Below are positions 9,812 to 19,167 of a DNA stretch of 60,915 nucleotides, piece by piece (the first letter of the stretch is position 1; each line of letters starts with the position of its first letter). Under the pieces are notes generated by a model that saw only the letters and a list, made by a program, of their open reading frames with translations, ran no database searches and was not told the origin of the DNA. The stretch is from Candidatus Thorarchaeota archaeon SMTZ1-45 (GTDB taxonomy: Archaea; Asgardarchaeota; Thorarchaeia; Thorarchaeales; Thorarchaeaceae). The DNA is taken from assembly GCA_001563335.1 (NCBI GenBank), contig LRSL01000007.1, positions 1-60,915 of the forward strand. The letters run 5' to 3'. Position numbers and translations under genes: made by a program.

Positions 9812-10630
9812 TTATTTTGTCTTGGAAAATCCGCCATGATGAAATTCTATTTTACATCTTATCTTTCTCAAGCTGCAATAAGCTTCAATATCCTCCTCAA
9901 TCTCATCCCACATTGAAGGATGCCGCATTATTTGGGTGAAAAATTCCGATAACTCAGGATGCTTTGAAGCCACCAAATCCATGATGCGAGAAACATTGTG
10001 CCTCCTGAAGTTCAGGTTCTCAAATCGAAAATCATCTGTTATTGGTAATGCTGCGTCTATTATTGATTGCCAGTCCGAAATCTTAGGGAATATAGGTGAA
10101 ACAAAAACATACGTAGGAACTCCCTCCTTTGAAATTGTCCTCAATGATTTAAGACGATCAAGCGGTTTAGATGCTCTTGGTTCAATAACTCTGACGAATT
10201 CTTCGTTGAGAGAGTTAATGGATATCCCAACTTGAATATCATCAAATTGCTTAAACAGATCAAGATCTCTGACAACGAGGTCGGATTTCGTCAAAATTTG
10301 AACAGAAGCTTTTGTGCCAATAAGCTTCTCTAAAACACTCCTTGTGTTTTCATATTTTACTTCCAATGGAGTATATGGGTCCGTGACAGAGCTAAAAAGG
10401 AGTGTCTTGCCATTATATTTCTCAGGCCGGATTTTATCCCAATTGCAGTGCTTCACATCAAGGAATTCACCCCAGGAATCCCCAACATGACCAGTGAAAC
10501 GCTTCATGAATTCAGCATAGCAATAAATGCATGCATGCTGACAACCAATGTAGGGATTAATGACGAAATCTATCCCTGGAATGTTACTTTTCGTTATGAT
10601 ACTTTTAGCATTGACTTTACGAACAATCAT
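9812..10630 (-). CDS. radical SAM protein (SplB/photolyase-related family)
   Basis: INPYIGCQHACIYCYA CxxxCxxC motif, SSVTDPY. Confidence 0.9.
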   Translation of the reverse strand: MIVRKVNAKSIITKSNIPGIDFVINPYIGCQHACIYCYAEFMKRFTGHVGDSWGEFLDVKHCNWDKIRPEKYNGKTLLFSSVTDPYTPLEVKYENTRSVLEKLIGTKASVQILTKSDLVVRDLDLFKQFDDIQVGISINSLNEEFVRVIEPRASKPLDRLKSLRTISKEGVPTYVFVSPIFPKISDWQSIIDAALPITDDFRFENLNFRRHNVSRIMDLVASKHPELSEFFTQIMRHPSMWDEIEEDIEAYCSLRKIRCKIEFHHGGFSKTK

Positions 10631-10679
10631 CTACTCTCTTAATGATTGAAAGTTGAAAACTCTGTCTAAATGACGGAAG

Positions 10680-11216
10680 TCAGACAACATAGAGGTAAAT
10701 TGACTCGTCGTCGTTCGTCTTGGTAGGCGTCCATCCATCAAGAATGAAGCGATATGAAACTACCCGGGTGCCAGACCTCAGTTCACTTGCTAGTTTAGCT
10801 CTTATCTTCTTGTTGATCTCATGTCCTTGATATAACGTTACAACCGAGGCGTCTTCGAGACTCACATTAAAGAAGTTGGCTCTTATCACTTTGACTTTTT
10901 GTTCTAGTTTGTAGCGTTTTATCGCTATGCGTGACAACAACATCCGAAGCGGATCTACTTCTATCCCGATAGACTTAGCTCCGAATTCTTTTGCAGCCAT
11001 TACAATAATCCGACCATCACCGGATCCCAGGTCATATAAAATATCCTTTTTATTTACACCCGCAAATTCAAGCATGGCTCTGACTTTGTTTTTTGGTGTT
11101 GGTAGCCAGGGTGCACCGATTAATCCTGACCAAGCAATCCAGACTACAAATACAATAACGCATAATTCAATCGCCAGGATGAGAAGAACTTCTTCTATTG
11201 CCATGCATCCAACCAC
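10680..11216 (-). CDS. class I SAM-dependent methyltransferase with N-terminal TM helix
   Basis: GAPWLPTP, YDLGSGDGRI motif I. Confidence 0.85.
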   Translation of the reverse strand: MVGCMAIEEVLLILAIELCVIVFVVWIAWSGLIGAPWLPTPKNKVRAMLEFAGVNKKDILYDLGSGDGRIIVMAAKEFGAKSIGIEVDPLRMLLSRIAIKRYKLEQKVKVIRANFFNVSLEDASVVTLYQGHEINKKIRAKLASELRSGTRVVSYRFILDGWTPTKTNDDESIYLYVV

Positions 11217-11222
11217 AATTTC

Positions 11223-12443
11223 TTAGATGATTTTTCCTTTGAATATCGTTCTTACAAGTATAATATTCATCGTGAGAGTTATCAATTCAAGCGCACCCAC
11301 GACTACAAAAGCATTCGCCATACCAATCACAGGATTTAGTACTCCAAAAATAACCGGACCAATAGTGATTCCTAGATTTCCAAGAAAATTAAAGAAACCC
11401 ATGCCCATTGCGGAGTCTTCCTGTCTTACTATATCTCCAACAAGGGCCATAGCTGGGGGTGCTGTGATTCCTGAAAAGACGCCTAGGATTGCTAACATAA
11501 AGAGTAACAGATTGAAACCTTGAATACCAACAAACCCGATGATGGACAAGATTACACCAAAACCTAGACTTCCTACAACAAGCTGTCTGAATCTTCCGTA
11601 TAGGTCTGAGAGTTTGCCCATTGGATATTGTAGAATTATGAATGGCAAAGCGAATATTGCAAGTGATAACCCTCTGAGTGATTCATCGAGACCAAGTATC
11701 ACTGCGAGGAAAAATGGTAAAGCTGTGAGTATAAATCCAATATGTAGTCTGTCTAAGAGATTGAAGATGCTTGGAATTACCAGTTCTGGTTTTTTTCTTG
11801 CGAGCATGAAACTCTCCTTCAAGGTAGGCCGAGTTTTTGTCATAGTAGGGTCTGTTAAGCTTGTCAGCGTTATTGCTAAAACTGCTAGATTGAGTGCTGA
11901 AGCAGTATAATATGGAATAAACACACCAAAAGATGCAATGACTCCTCCTATTGCTGGTCCTAGTCCCATTGCTATTGCCAAGAAAGCTCCAAATATCCCC
12001 ATATTTCGTCCACGATTCTGAGGATCTGAGAAGTCAATTGCAAGTGTCATGAATGTCTGCCATGCCATGACTGTGAAAGATCCCTGGAGAAATCTGAATA
12101 ATAGTAAAATAGGATATGAGAGCGTTGTGGTCATTAACCAGTAGAAAACTATTGACCCGGATGAACCAACCAGAATGAAGAAACGACGTTTAGCCCAGCG
12201 GTCTGAAAGCAAACCTGTTATTATACCGACAATAAGATACGACAAATAAAGAGTACTGTCAAAGAGAGAATATTCAAAATCGGATATACCGATGAATCTG
12301 TCTAAAATAAATTCTGGTTGGTTTACATGGAGGATTGCTGCTGCGGTGATAGTAAGAAGTGTTAGGATGCCAAGAAGGACCACTCTATTTGTATTTGATT
12401 CTACAGTATCCTCGTTTTCAACTATCAATGATTGATTATCCAT
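11223..12443 (-). CDS. MFS transporter
   Basis: 12 TM pattern, motif A GLLSDRWAKRR / GKLSDLYGR. Confidence 0.9.
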   Translation of the reverse strand: MDNQSLIVENEDTVESNTNRVVLLGILTLLTITAAAILHVNQPEFILDRFIGISDFEYSLFDSTLYLSYLIVGIITGLLSDRWAKRRFFILVGSSGSIVFYWLMTTTLSYPILLLFRFLQGSFTVMAWQTFMTLAIDFSDPQNRGRNMGIFGAFLAIAMGLGPAIGGVIASFGVFIPYYTASALNLAVLAITLTSLTDPTMTKTRPTLKESFMLARKKPELVIPSIFNLLDRLHIGFILTALPFFLAVILGLDESLRGLSLAIFALPFIILQYPMGKLSDLYGRFRQLVVGSLGFGVILSIIGFVGIQGFNLLLFMLAILGVFSGITAPPAMALVGDIVRQEDSAMGMGFFNFLGNLGITIGPVIFGVLNPVIGMANAFVVVGALELITLTMNIILVRTIFKGKII

Positions 12444-12590
12444 AGTTACAACTCGTTTCTTCCATTTGAATTGAAATCATGCTAAGAATAACATTAATCA
12501 AGATTGTCAAATGGTAAAATCCGCAATGTAGTTTTAGTCACTAAGAGATTATTATCTAGTGAATTTATTTTTGAGAGATTGCACGGATTC

Positions 12591-12616
12591 GGGAGGTTTC
12601 GAGCCTAGGACTTCCC
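12591..12616. terminator. hairpin downstream of mutL
   Basis: GGGAGGTTT / GGACTTCCC imperfect stem adjacent to a pyrimidine run. Confidence 0.35.
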
Positions 12617-12628
12617 CCTTCTCTTTTG

Positions 12629-14425
12629 TTATTTCAATCTATGTCGTTTTTTAAACCTCTGAATGGCATCATGACCCAATCTACCTACTGCTTTGTCAAG
12701 ATTCTCTTTCTTGATTCTAACTATTGATGGGCGGCCATGACAACATGTATACTTAATTCGAGTCCTGGACAGGTCTTCAATTAAATCCCGAATCTCATCA
12801 ATATTCAAAGTTTGCCCCTCCCTATACGCTGAGTGGCAAGCTGTTAATTTTACAAGTTCATCCATGAATGAATCACGAGCATCTGAAATGCCGATGGTTC
12901 CAATACTATCTAGTAATGAAATTAGCTCAATCTCTGATGCGACTTTACCAAAAATCTCTGGGACTGTTGAGATTGAAATTTCGTTCCCACCAAAACTTTC
13001 AATCGAAAATCCAATTTCATTCAATATGTCTGAATGATCAAGAATTCGCTCAACTTCAGTGGGATTTAGACTCAATACAAATGGTTCAAGCATCTCTTGG
13101 ATAGCAACTCTGTCTTCGTTGATTCCCTTTCTCAATTCATCATATAACACCCGTTCATGAGCAGCATGTTGATCTATAACTAAGAGCCCCTCTTCATCCT
13201 CAAGAAGAATGTAGAGTTTATGGATTTGTCCAACGATTCTAAACAGTCCACCGAGCAGATTAACTGGTTTAACAGCATCACTAATCCCCATGAACGGTTC
13301 AAGGATTGTGTGTTCAACAGCTGGCAAGGTTCCAATATGATCGGTTTGAACCAATCTGGATGATATTCCTGGATCCTCTCTACTTAGAATATTCTCGTCA
13401 AGGAATTCCTCCAATGATTGGCTCTCTATTGGTTGTCTTTCTACTCCAAGAGCATCTCTCACAGCCATTGAAACAATTGAGCTGACTTTCTCAATATCAA
13501 TTATTTTGACTTCACGCTTTGTTGGATGGATATTCACATCTACGTCAGTCAGATTCATTGCAATATCAAGTGCGAAAACTGGATATTGCCCCTTCATGAG
13601 CAGTGTTGAATAGGCTGACTCGACAGCTTGACTCAGATGTTCATCAGTAATGGGTCTCTTGAGTACTGCAAAATACTCTCTAGACCTGTTACCCCGTGAA
13701 ACTGGTGGCATTGCAGTAAAACCTTCTATCCAAACACCTGCTTCGGAGTAATAGACCTCCACTAAACCTTTAGCAACATCACTTCCCCAAAGGTATGTTA
13801 TCCTATCAATCGCACTCTGGGTTGGAGGACAATCAATTACAACTTTCTCATCTCTAGTTAATCTGAATCCGACATCTGTCCTAATGACTGCATGCTTCAT
13901 AACAACCTCATGAATTCGTTGACCTTCCACTTTGGGACTCGCCAAGTGCTTTCGTCTTACTGGTACTTTCTTAAACAGTTCAGTTACTTCAATGGTTGTC
14001 CCTATTGGTCGTGAGGAATCAGAAATCTTTGGACTTTCTCCAACTCTTGAGATTATGAGTGTTCCAACATCCTCCTCATTTGTTTGAGTAGTGATTCTAA
14101 CATCCGCAACTGTGGCAATACTTGCAAGAGCCTCGCCTCTGAATCCATAGGTGGATATTGCATTAATGTCCTCTTTTTTAGAAATCTTACTTGTCGAATG
14201 CCTTTGAAGACAGACCTCACAATCGTCTCGAGAAATACCTGTTCCATTGTCTGATACTACAATCTTGTCAATACCTCCCTCTTCGATGGAGATATCTATC
14301 ATATCAGTTCCAGCATCAAGTGAGTTCTCAATGAGTTCCTTAACAATTGAAGATGGGTTCTCAATCACCTCTCCTGCAGATATGAGTGAAACAAGATCCT
14401 CGCTCAGGATTTTGATCTTACCCAC
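12629..14425 (-). CDS. mutL: DNA mismatch repair protein MutL (endonuclease type)
   Basis: AGEVIENP, KELIENSLDAG, GFRGEALASI, DVNIHPTKREV, DQHAAHER, ACH and CCHGRP motifs. Confidence 0.97.
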   Translation of the reverse strand: MGKIKILSEDLVSLISAGEVIENPSSIVKELIENSLDAGTDMIDISIEEGGIDKIVVSDNGTGISRDDCEVCLQRHSTSKISKKEDINAISTYGFRGEALASIATVADVRITTQTNEEDVGTLIISRVGESPKISDSSRPIGTTIEVTELFKKVPVRRKHLASPKVEGQRIHEVVMKHAVIRTDVGFRLTRDEKVVIDCPPTQSAIDRITYLWGSDVAKGLVEVYYSEAGVWIEGFTAMPPVSRGNRSREYFAVLKRPITDEHLSQAVESAYSTLLMKGQYPVFALDIAMNLTDVDVNIHPTKREVKIIDIEKVSSIVSMAVRDALGVERQPIESQSLEEFLDENILSREDPGISSRLVQTDHIGTLPAVEHTILEPFMGISDAVKPVNLLGGLFRIVGQIHKLYILLEDEEGLLVIDQHAAHERVLYDELRKGINEDRVAIQEMLEPFVLSLNPTEVERILDHSDILNEIGFSIESFGGNEISISTVPEIFGKVASEIELISLLDSIGTIGISDARDSFMDELVKLTACHSAYREGQTLNIDEIRDLIEDLSRTRIKYTCCHGRPSIVRIKKENLDKAVGRLGHDAIQRFKKRHRLK

Positions 14426-14434
14426 TGCGACACC

Positions 14435-16015
14435 TCACGAACGTAATACTGAATACTCCACATTTCCCCCTACAACTGTCATTTCAATATCGATATCAAT
14501 AATCTCGTCTGGTGGGACTTCCAGAATATTATGAGAGAGAACCACAAAGTCTGCCCGCTTCCCAACAGTTAGACTCCCCAGGGTATGTTCTTGGAAAACA
14601 GAATATGCGCTCTCTAATGTATAGCACCTAAGTGCTTCCTCAACAGTGAGCTTAACACGCTCGTTATGGTGGGTTGTTGCTGACCAGATTCCATAGAGTG
14701 GACTATAGGGCATACCATCTGAACCAAAGCAGAGTCGAGCACCATTATCTAAAGCTACTCGGAACATATTCATTCCTCTGACCTGCTCTTCATCAAATCT
14801 ATCCTCATAGAGTCCGCCAGGTTGCTGCCATCTGCCCACGAAATTAGGTTGCATTGACAAGATGAGCCCTAAGCCAACAGCTCTTCTGATTTGATACTCA
14901 TTTATCATCTCTGCATGCTCTATCCGATGTCGTTGTTGTCTCAACATGCTCTTATCCGGGAAACTCTCAAATGTGGAGATGACCATCTCAATCGCTTCAT
15001 CCCCTATTGCATGTGTAACCGTCTGAATGTTATTTTGTACTGCTTTCTCTACCACAGCTTCATACTCCTTTTGTGGGGTGAGTAACATGCCTTTGTTGTT
15101 TGAATCCTCCCTATATCCCCTGGACACGTAAGCAGTCTTTGCCCCAATTGATCCGTCCGTGAAAATCTTGACACCCCCAATTTTCACCATTGGACTACCC
15201 ATCCCAGATGTTAAACCAAGACTAATCATATGGTCTATCTGCTCTACTGGAATGTTCACAATCATTCGAGTTGTGAGCTCCTGTCTTGTTTCAATCTCTC
15301 GAATATGTCTAAGAACTCCTGCAGCTGCATTATCAACCGCGGTAGTGATGCCTTTCTCATTAGCAATCTTGTTTCCTATCACAACTCCTTCTCGAAATTC
15401 CTCAGCTGATGGTCTAACTTTCTCCCAAACTTCTTCGATATCTTTCAGAATCCCTGTAGGTCTTCCAAGTCTGTCTTTCTGAACCCCCGGTTGGTTCAAT
15501 GATATTCCAAGCTTCTTGAGTCCTGAATTGTTAACTGAAACAAGGTGCCCGCAGACACGTGTCACCATTATTGGATGATCTTTGCTGATTGGGTCTAAAT
15601 CCTTGGACTGAATGTACCTCTTGTTGGTCCACTCACTCTCATCCCAATTATACCCAAAGATCCATTCACCTTTAGGATACTTGGGAACTGCATCTGTCAA
15701 GAATTGAATTGCTTCTTCTAATGACTCTACCTTATCTAGTTGAACATGTTTTGATTTGACCCCTGCGCTTGTCAAATGAGTATGTGCATCAATAAAACCC
15801 GGAATGACTGTTTTTCCACCAAGATCAATGACTCTCTTTGCAGTAGGTACAAGCTCCAAAACCTCATCCTCATCCCCGACTGCTAAGACTTTGAAACTCT
15901 TGATGGCAAGAGCATTAGCAATCGGTTTTTTGGGATCCATTGTGATGATGTTACCGTTGAAGACAATAAGGTCTGCTTCGAGAATCATGGCATACACATC
16001 CTCATCTTGATTCAC
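14435..16015 (-). CDS. amidohydrolase (YtcJ-like, Amidohydro_3)
   Basis: PGFIDAHTH, DGSIGAKTA, HAIGD, RIEHAE, FGSDG, GKRADFVVL. Confidence 0.9.
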   Translation of the reverse strand: MNQDEDVYAMILEADLIVFNGNIITMDPKKPIANALAIKSFKVLAVGDEDEVLELVPTAKRVIDLGGKTVIPGFIDAHTHLTSAGVKSKHVQLDKVESLEEAIQFLTDAVPKYPKGEWIFGYNWDESEWTNKRYIQSKDLDPISKDHPIMVTRVCGHLVSVNNSGLKKLGISLNQPGVQKDRLGRPTGILKDIEEVWEKVRPSAEEFREGVVIGNKIANEKGITTAVDNAAAGVLRHIREIETRQELTTRMIVNIPVEQIDHMISLGLTSGMGSPMVKIGGVKIFTDGSIGAKTAYVSRGYREDSNNKGMLLTPQKEYEAVVEKAVQNNIQTVTHAIGDEAIEMVISTFESFPDKSMLRQQRHRIEHAEMINEYQIRRAVGLGLILSMQPNFVGRWQQPGGLYEDRFDEEQVRGMNMFRVALDNGARLCFGSDGMPYSPLYGIWSATTHHNERVKLTVEEALRCYTLESAYSVFQEHTLGSLTVGKRADFVVLSHNILEVPPDEIIDIDIEMTVVGGNVEYSVLRS

Positions 16016-16098
16016 AATAGCATATCTTTCTTGTCATAGTGTGTATCGCAATTTGAAATTTTTGTTTATTCTATCCAACATACTCTCATATACATGGA

Positions 16099-16116
16099 TT
16101 AAATATATTATATATT
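16099..16116 (+). promoter_or_regulatory. AT-rich TATA-like element upstream of the structured RNA candidate
   Basis: TTAAATATATTATATATT ending ~27 nt before 16143; may also serve the divergent amidohydrolase gene. Confidence 0.4.
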
Positions 16117-16142
16117 GATAACTAATATTCAATAGCATTGCT

Positions 16143-16263
16143 GGATGCGAGACCGACTACCTCTCCACGACTAACCGAATCCATTGATCAGTTTGAGCTG
16201 TAAGCTGAGATGTTGATTATGCCGGGTGGATCGGTTGTTGCCATAGGACTTGGTGCGGCATCT
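16143..16263 (+). ncRNA. candidate ~120-nt rod-like structured non-coding RNA of unknown class
   Basis: Nested pairings GGATGC/GCATCT, ACCGA/TTGGT, CCT/AGG, CGAC/GTTG, AACCGA/TCGGTT, TCCA/TGGA, TGATCAG/TTGATTA, AGC/GCT; several G-U pairs form only on the + strand. Confidence 0.5.
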
Positions 16264-16285
16264 AAGAAACCCAAAAAGAATATGA

Positions 16286-16309
16286 AGAGGGGCTCTCCGT
16301 CGCCCCTCT
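16286..16309. terminator. GC-rich hairpin between the RNA candidate and the 3' end of tal
   Basis: AGAGGGGC(16286-93)/GCCCCTCT(16302-09) followed by a pyrimidine tract. Confidence 0.5.
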
Positions 16310-16328
16310 CACCCTCCCTCTCTTCAAG

Positions 16329-16976
16329 CTATTTTTTCGGTACTTTTTTCCAATCATTCAAGAATTTCCTGATTCCAATATCTGTGAGCGGATGATTAAC
16401 CATTTTATCAAGTACATCTGGTGGAATAGTTGCTATATCTGCTCCAATTAGTGCTGCTTCGTAAACATGGATTGGATGTCGGATGCTAGCTACAATGATC
16501 TCTGTTTCAAAGCCATAGTATGCATAGATTTGAGCAGTACCCTCGATTACTTCCATACCGACTTGACCAATATCATCTAATCTCCCAATGAAAGGTGATA
16601 CAAACGTTGCACCAGCTTTTGCTGCAAGAATAGCCTGATTTGGGCTAAAGACCAAAGTAACGTTCGTCTGGATACCCTCGTCAGCACATACTTTAACCGC
16701 TTTGAGACCCTCCCATGTCATCGGAATCTTGATGGCTGCATTGTCAATCCAGCTATTGAGTTCACGTGCTTCTTTCAGCATTCCCTCTGCATCCTCGCTC
16801 ACTACCTCGAGACTGATTGGACCTTTGACAAATGAGGCAATCTCATCTATGACTGTCCTGAAATCCCGACCCTCTTTAGCAACAAGTGATGGATTTGTGG
16901 TCACTCCATCGACCATTCCTCTTTCATGTGCCTTTCTAATTGCTTCAACATTGGCTGTATCAATAAAGAACTTCAA
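16329..16976 (-). CDS. tal: transaldolase / fructose-6-phosphate aldolase family
   Basis: [19 protein letters not shown] Schiff-base Lys, [17 protein letters not shown]; probable TTG start at 16976. Confidence 0.93.
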   Translation of the reverse strand: MKFFIDTANVEAIRKAHERGMVDGVTTNPSLVAKEGRDFRTVIDEIASFVKGPISLEVVSEDAEGMLKEARELNSWIDNAAIKIPMTWEGLKAVKVCADEGIQTNVTLVFSPNQAILAAKAGATFVSPFIGRLDDIGQVGMEVIEGTAQIYAYYGFETEIIVASIRHPIHVYEAALIGADIATIPPDVLDKMVNHPLTDIGIRKFLNDWKKVPKK

Positions 16977-17063
16977 TTCTAGTAGTCTCCTGTCTTGAAT
17001 AAATTGAATCGATGATAAAAAAAGGAACAATCTTGCTGGATTTAAAAAGTGGGGTCTGGGACT

Positions 17064-17720
17064 CTATTGCATAGCCTTCTTCAAATCACGAACTCGCTTT
17101 TCAATATCAGGTGCCTTGAAGACTGCAGAACCCGCGATGAAAAAGTCTGCACCTGCTTTGCGGAGGTTTCCAATGTTCTCAAGGGTGACGCCACCATCCA
17201 CTGCAATCCTAACTTCTGGCTTCTGATTATCGAGAAGTGTTCGCAGGTCTGTTATCTTCTGTATGGTTGACGGAATGAATTTCTGACCTCCGAATCCTGG
17301 ACACACGCTCATCAAAAGAACAGAATCGATTAGATTCAACACACCTTCAACTGATGAGATGGGAGTAGCGGGGTTTAGTGTAATTCCAGCTCGTGCACCA
17401 TGGTCTCTTACCATCTGGACTGTGCGATATACATCAAAAGATGCTTCCACATGAGGATAAATGAGTTCCACACCCGCATCAATGAATCTTGGGATATACT
17501 CTCGTGGGTTGGTTATCATTAGATGTGCATCCAGTGGAACATCGGTGATGGCTTTCATCTGCCTAGCCACCCAGGGGCCAAAGGAGATGTTGGGAACAAA
17601 ATGACCATCCATTATGTCCAGATGGAAGTAGTCTGCACCTCCCCTCTCAGCCGCTTTGATGTCCGCCTCTAGATTGGAAAAGTTCGCTGCTAAAATGGAG
17701 GGTGTAAGAAGTGGTTTCAT
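17064..17720 (-). CDS. rpe: ribulose-phosphate 3-epimerase
   Basis: PSILAANF, HLDIMDGHFVPNISFG, DAHLMI, MSVCPGFGGQKF, VDGG. Confidence 0.96.
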   Translation of the reverse strand: MKPLLTPSILAANFSNLEADIKAAERGGADYFHLDIMDGHFVPNISFGPWVARQMKAITDVPLDAHLMITNPREYIPRFIDAGVELIYPHVEASFDVYRTVQMVRDHGARAGITLNPATPISSVEGVLNLIDSVLLMSVCPGFGGQKFIPSTIQKITDLRTLLDNQKPEVRIAVDGGVTLENIGNLRKAGADFFIAGSAVFKAPDIEKRVRDLKKAMQ

Positions 17721-17884
17721 AGCAAGGAATGGTCACACATGCTGGTTTTTAATCTTCGCTCGTGTCATTTGTTTGGTCAAAAACATTCCTTTTAGTAGAG
17801 TGCGTTTTATACTCGTAATTATTGAGAACCATATTTATCATAGTATCACTATCTGATTCGGTTTGGTTTTTGTCTGGAGGATAG

Positions 17885-18949
17885 ATGTTGACGTCTGTTG
17901 TTGCACTTGTGGATCTTAGAAAGAATCGTGACTCTCCAGTAAGAGAAGCTATTGACCTAATTGGTGGGATTGATGACCTCAACAATGAACAACGAGAAGC
18001 AGTGATTAAAGTTGGAGTATTTGGAGTAAACACACCTCATTATTCTACTGTAGGAATTGTTCAAGATATTGTCAATGCATTCAACAAAAGTCCAAAGGTC
18101 TATCTTGCTGAATCTGACAACTATCAAGGCGCGGCACTAGACCGACTTCAGATTTGGAAGGAGTTATTCACAGACCGTGTGCAACCCTATGACCTCTCTC
18201 GAGACCCTGACACATTCAAACTACGGGTTGAGAACCCAATCCGGGATGTTGTTTTGCAACTTTCAAAGATAATCCTCAAACCTCGAGCCTTCATCTGCAC
18301 ACATGTCCTGAGAAGTTATCATAAAGGAAGCATACTAAAGAACCTCTTTGGTTTGCCTCCATCACCAAAAAAAGCTCAGTATCACAAGAATGAGGTCTTC
18401 TATAACCTCCTAACACAACTCTACAAAACAATCGGAGGTATTGACCTTTCTATTCTAGATGGGAGTCGCTTCTGTCATCATATGGATAGCCTACCTACAG
18501 ATCTCATCGCAGTTGGACGAGACCCAGTTGCGGTGGAAACTGTTGGCGCAATTCTTGCAAGTTTGAAACTCTCAAAACATGAAACAATCAAGGCTTTTAC
18601 AGAGAAAGGGTATGGAGTTTCAGATATCGATAAAATTGACATTGTTGGAGAATCTTTTGATGAGATGAAGGAGCGGTGTGAAAAAACTCTTCTCCAGCTA
18701 AAGAAGAGGTTCTCTGAACGACCAAAACCATGGTCTCCAACCGGTGCACTTTCCAAGTTAATTAGTAGTGGCTTCTTTGTTTCTCCAAATCGAAGAACAA
18801 TTGGGGATATCGAAAGTGCATTGATTGAAGAAGACCCGCGTGCTGAAGGTAGGTCACAGATCATATACACTAATCTGCAACGTCGAGTGAAAAAGGGGAT
18901 CTTGATGAGCGAAAAGACTGATGATAGTGTAGTCTTTTGGAAAATATAA
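17885..18949 (+). CDS. DUF362-family protein with C-terminal winged-helix-like extension
   Basis: SILKNLFG, ILDG, GRDPVAVETV, IDIVGE pattern. Confidence 0.7.
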   Translation: MLTSVVALVDLRKNRDSPVREAIDLIGGIDDLNNEQREAVIKVGVFGVNTPHYSTVGIVQDIVNAFNKSPKVYLAESDNYQGAALDRLQIWKELFTDRVQPYDLSRDPDTFKLRVENPIRDVVLQLSKIILKPRAFICTHVLRSYHKGSILKNLFGLPPSPKKAQYHKNEVFYNLLTQLYKTIGGIDLSILDGSRFCHHMDSLPTDLIAVGRDPVAVETVGAILASLKLSKHETIKAFTEKGYGVSDIDKIDIVGESFDEMKERCEKTLLQLKKRFSERPKPWSPTGALSKLISSGFFVSPNRRTIGDIESALIEEDPRAEGRSQIIYTNLQRRVKKGILMSEKTDDSVVFWKI

Positions 18950-19054
18950 TTCTTTGGGATGCTGATCTATTTTTTCATAACCTAATACAGAATCTGCAAT
19001 GTTAGAGAGGATTAATTACAGAGATATTGCAGATATTTATTCCAGATAAACGGA

Positions 19055-19089
19055 GAGAAAGGAGAACTACATTACGCAGTTCCTTTCTC
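19055..19089. terminator. hairpin between the convergent DUF362 and mutS genes
   Basis: GAGAAAGGA(19055-63)/TCCTTTCTC(19081-89). Confidence 0.5.
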
Positions 19090-19167
19090 AGCAATTAAAA
19101 CCCCCGTTGAATAAGTGGTCTTGTAAATTTTGATTTGCTAATTGACAATATAGTGTACTAAATGCGA

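Noticed and set aside
16140-16265. Short + strand frame with three in-frame TGA and a Cys-rich end (DVDYAGWIGCCHRTWCGI), a possible selenoprotein, or SECIS interpretation of the hairpin
   Set aside because: No convincing start codon or RBS, the TGAs lie inside the hairpin, the core is UUGA rather than AUGA, and there is no same-strand gene for a SECIS to serve
16210-16395. 61-aa + strand ORF
   Set aside because: Overlaps the tal 3' end antisense and the structured RNA/terminator; no protein-like features
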